Positions 63,137 to 64,000 of a stretch of 64,000 nucleotides of DNA are shown one piece after another. Numbering within the stretch: position 1 is the stretch's first letter; each line of letters opens with the position of its first letter. Origin of the DNA: an uncultured Oribacterium sp. GTDB lineage: Bacteria; Bacillota; Clostridia; Lachnospirales; Lachnospiraceae. The stretch is from positions 6,515 to 70,514 of the forward strand of contig CALAOB010000098.1 in the NCBI GenBank assembly GCA_937927445.1, read 5' to 3'. The position numbers and the translations under genes are program-made. Below the pieces are notes generated by a model. That model was not told the origin of the DNA and did no database searches. It was given only the letters and a program-made list of their open reading frames with translations.

Positions 63137-64000
63137 CAGCGCTGTTCCTGTTTGAAGTCACGTACGATCTCGGACAGCTTCATGCTGTTCGAGCCCTTGA
63201 AGAGGATGACATCCCCGCTGCAGGCGATGGCGTGAAGGGTGTTGCGGAGCTCCTCGAGATCCGTGAAGTACTCGATCGTCGGCATGCTGCGCGCAGCCTC
63301 GTCCCCGATCGGCTTATGAGGCTCGGCAACCGCATTCCGTATACCCTCGCCGATCGCAACGGCGCGCTCTCCATACAGGAAGACCGCATCGATCGGCAGG
63401 GTTGCAAGGTAGCTTCCGACCTCGCGATGGTAGTACAGCGTCTTTTCACCGAGCTCGAGCATGTCAGCGAGCACCGCGATGTGCCGTTTTCCCTCGAGGG
63501 AGGCGAGGGCCTCGAGCCCTGCCTTCATGGACGCCGGTGATGCGTTATAGGCATCATCGATGACGAGGACGCCCTCCTTCGTACGGAAGGTCGCTCCACG
63601 GCCGGCGAGCCCGGAGAAGTTCTCGAGCGCATGCTGCGCGGCTGCCTCATCGACACCGAGTGCCGTCGCGATGTGCATCGCGGCCGAGGCATTCTGCAGC
63701 ATATGGCTGCCCTTCACCAGGAGATGAAGCTCATAATCCTTCATTTCATAGTTGCGGAGCTCGATCGTCTGCGCCGTCGCGATACCGAAGGCATGAATCT
63801 CATCGAGCGTGACCTTCGAGAGGATCGCGTCGTCCATGTTGAGGTAGAGTGCACCGCCCTCCCGCATCCCGTCGAGGATGTGCAGCTTCTCCCGGAGGAT
63901 GTTCTCCTGGGTCTTCAGCTGCTCGATGTGCGCGATGCCGATGTTTGTCATGACGGCCATATCGACACAGGCGATCTGCGCGATCCGGGTCATCTCCCCG
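63136..64000 (-). CDS. murF: UDP-N-acetylmuramoyl-tripeptide--D-alanyl-D-alanine ligase, C-terminal part (gene continues beyond the window)
   Basis: Mur ligase central and C-terminal domains (MTNIGIAHIE, DDAYNASPASM). The frame is open to the window edge. Confidence 0.85.
   Translation of the reverse strand, partial: GEMTRIAQIACVDMAVMTNIGIAHIEQLKTQENILREKLHILDGMREGGALYLNMDDAILSKVTLDEIHAFGIATAQTIELRNYEMKDYELHLLVKGSHMLQNASAAMHIATALGVDEAAAQHALENFSGLAGRGATFRTKEGVLVIDDAYNASPASMKAGLEALASLEGKRHIAVLADMLELGEKTLYYHREVGSYLATLPIDAVFLYGERAVAIGEGIRNAVAEPHKPIGDEAARSMPTIEYFTDLEELRNTLHAIACSGDVILFKGSNSMKLSEIVRDFKQEQR

Noticed and set aside
1-64000. Prophage, integrative element, toxin-antitoxin, restriction-modification or other defence loci
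   Set aside because: Every sizeable ORF is accounted for by housekeeping, envelope or transport functions. No integrase, transposase, nuclease-helicase pair or typical small two-gene TA pair was seen.

Overview
This is a moderately GC-rich chromosomal core segment of a Firmicutes/Clostridia-type genome. It carries about 54 protein genes, all but one on the minus strand, plus tRNA-Trp(CCA) and tRNA-Leu(CAG).

Gene order on the minus strand, from high to low coordinates:
- murF (partial), priA, def, fmt, yugP-like peptidase, rsmB, rlmN, stp, prkC, rsgA, rpe, pdxK-like kinase
- serS
- a MacB-type ABC exporter with a very large secreted partner protein
- aspartate kinase
- a BaiN/YhiN-family flavoprotein
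- cmk, ispH, rpsA
- tig
- clpP, clpX, engB
- infC, rpmI, rplT
- tRNA-Leu
- a tightly packed 8-gene operon containing cdaA-cdaR
- a Lys/Ala-rich small protein
- an RsmF-like methyltransferase
- a 5-gene Na+-pump biotin decarboxylase / transcarboxylase-like locus
- two cell-surface proteins
- clpC, radA
- tRNA-Trp
- an MBL hydrolase, an ABC-F ATPase and an opp operon

I recognised no prophage, IS element, CRISPR array or known defence genes.

The most unusual observations are:
1. A family of roughly 220-235 bp long imperfect palindromes, not recognised as a named family. There are four full copies plus solo-arm fragments, all intergenic, and paired positions co-vary between copies.
2. radA is split by a perfect 7-bp tandem duplication.
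3. A pyridoxal/pyridoxamine-kinase gene is interrupted by one in-frame TGA.
4. A decarboxylase locus has two carboxyltransferase types, two near-identical biotin domains and a lipoprotein-OadG-BCCP fusion.
5. cdaA-cdaR is embedded behind four uncharacterised membrane/TPR genes.

All coordinates for small motifs were hand-counted and may be off by 1-2 nt.
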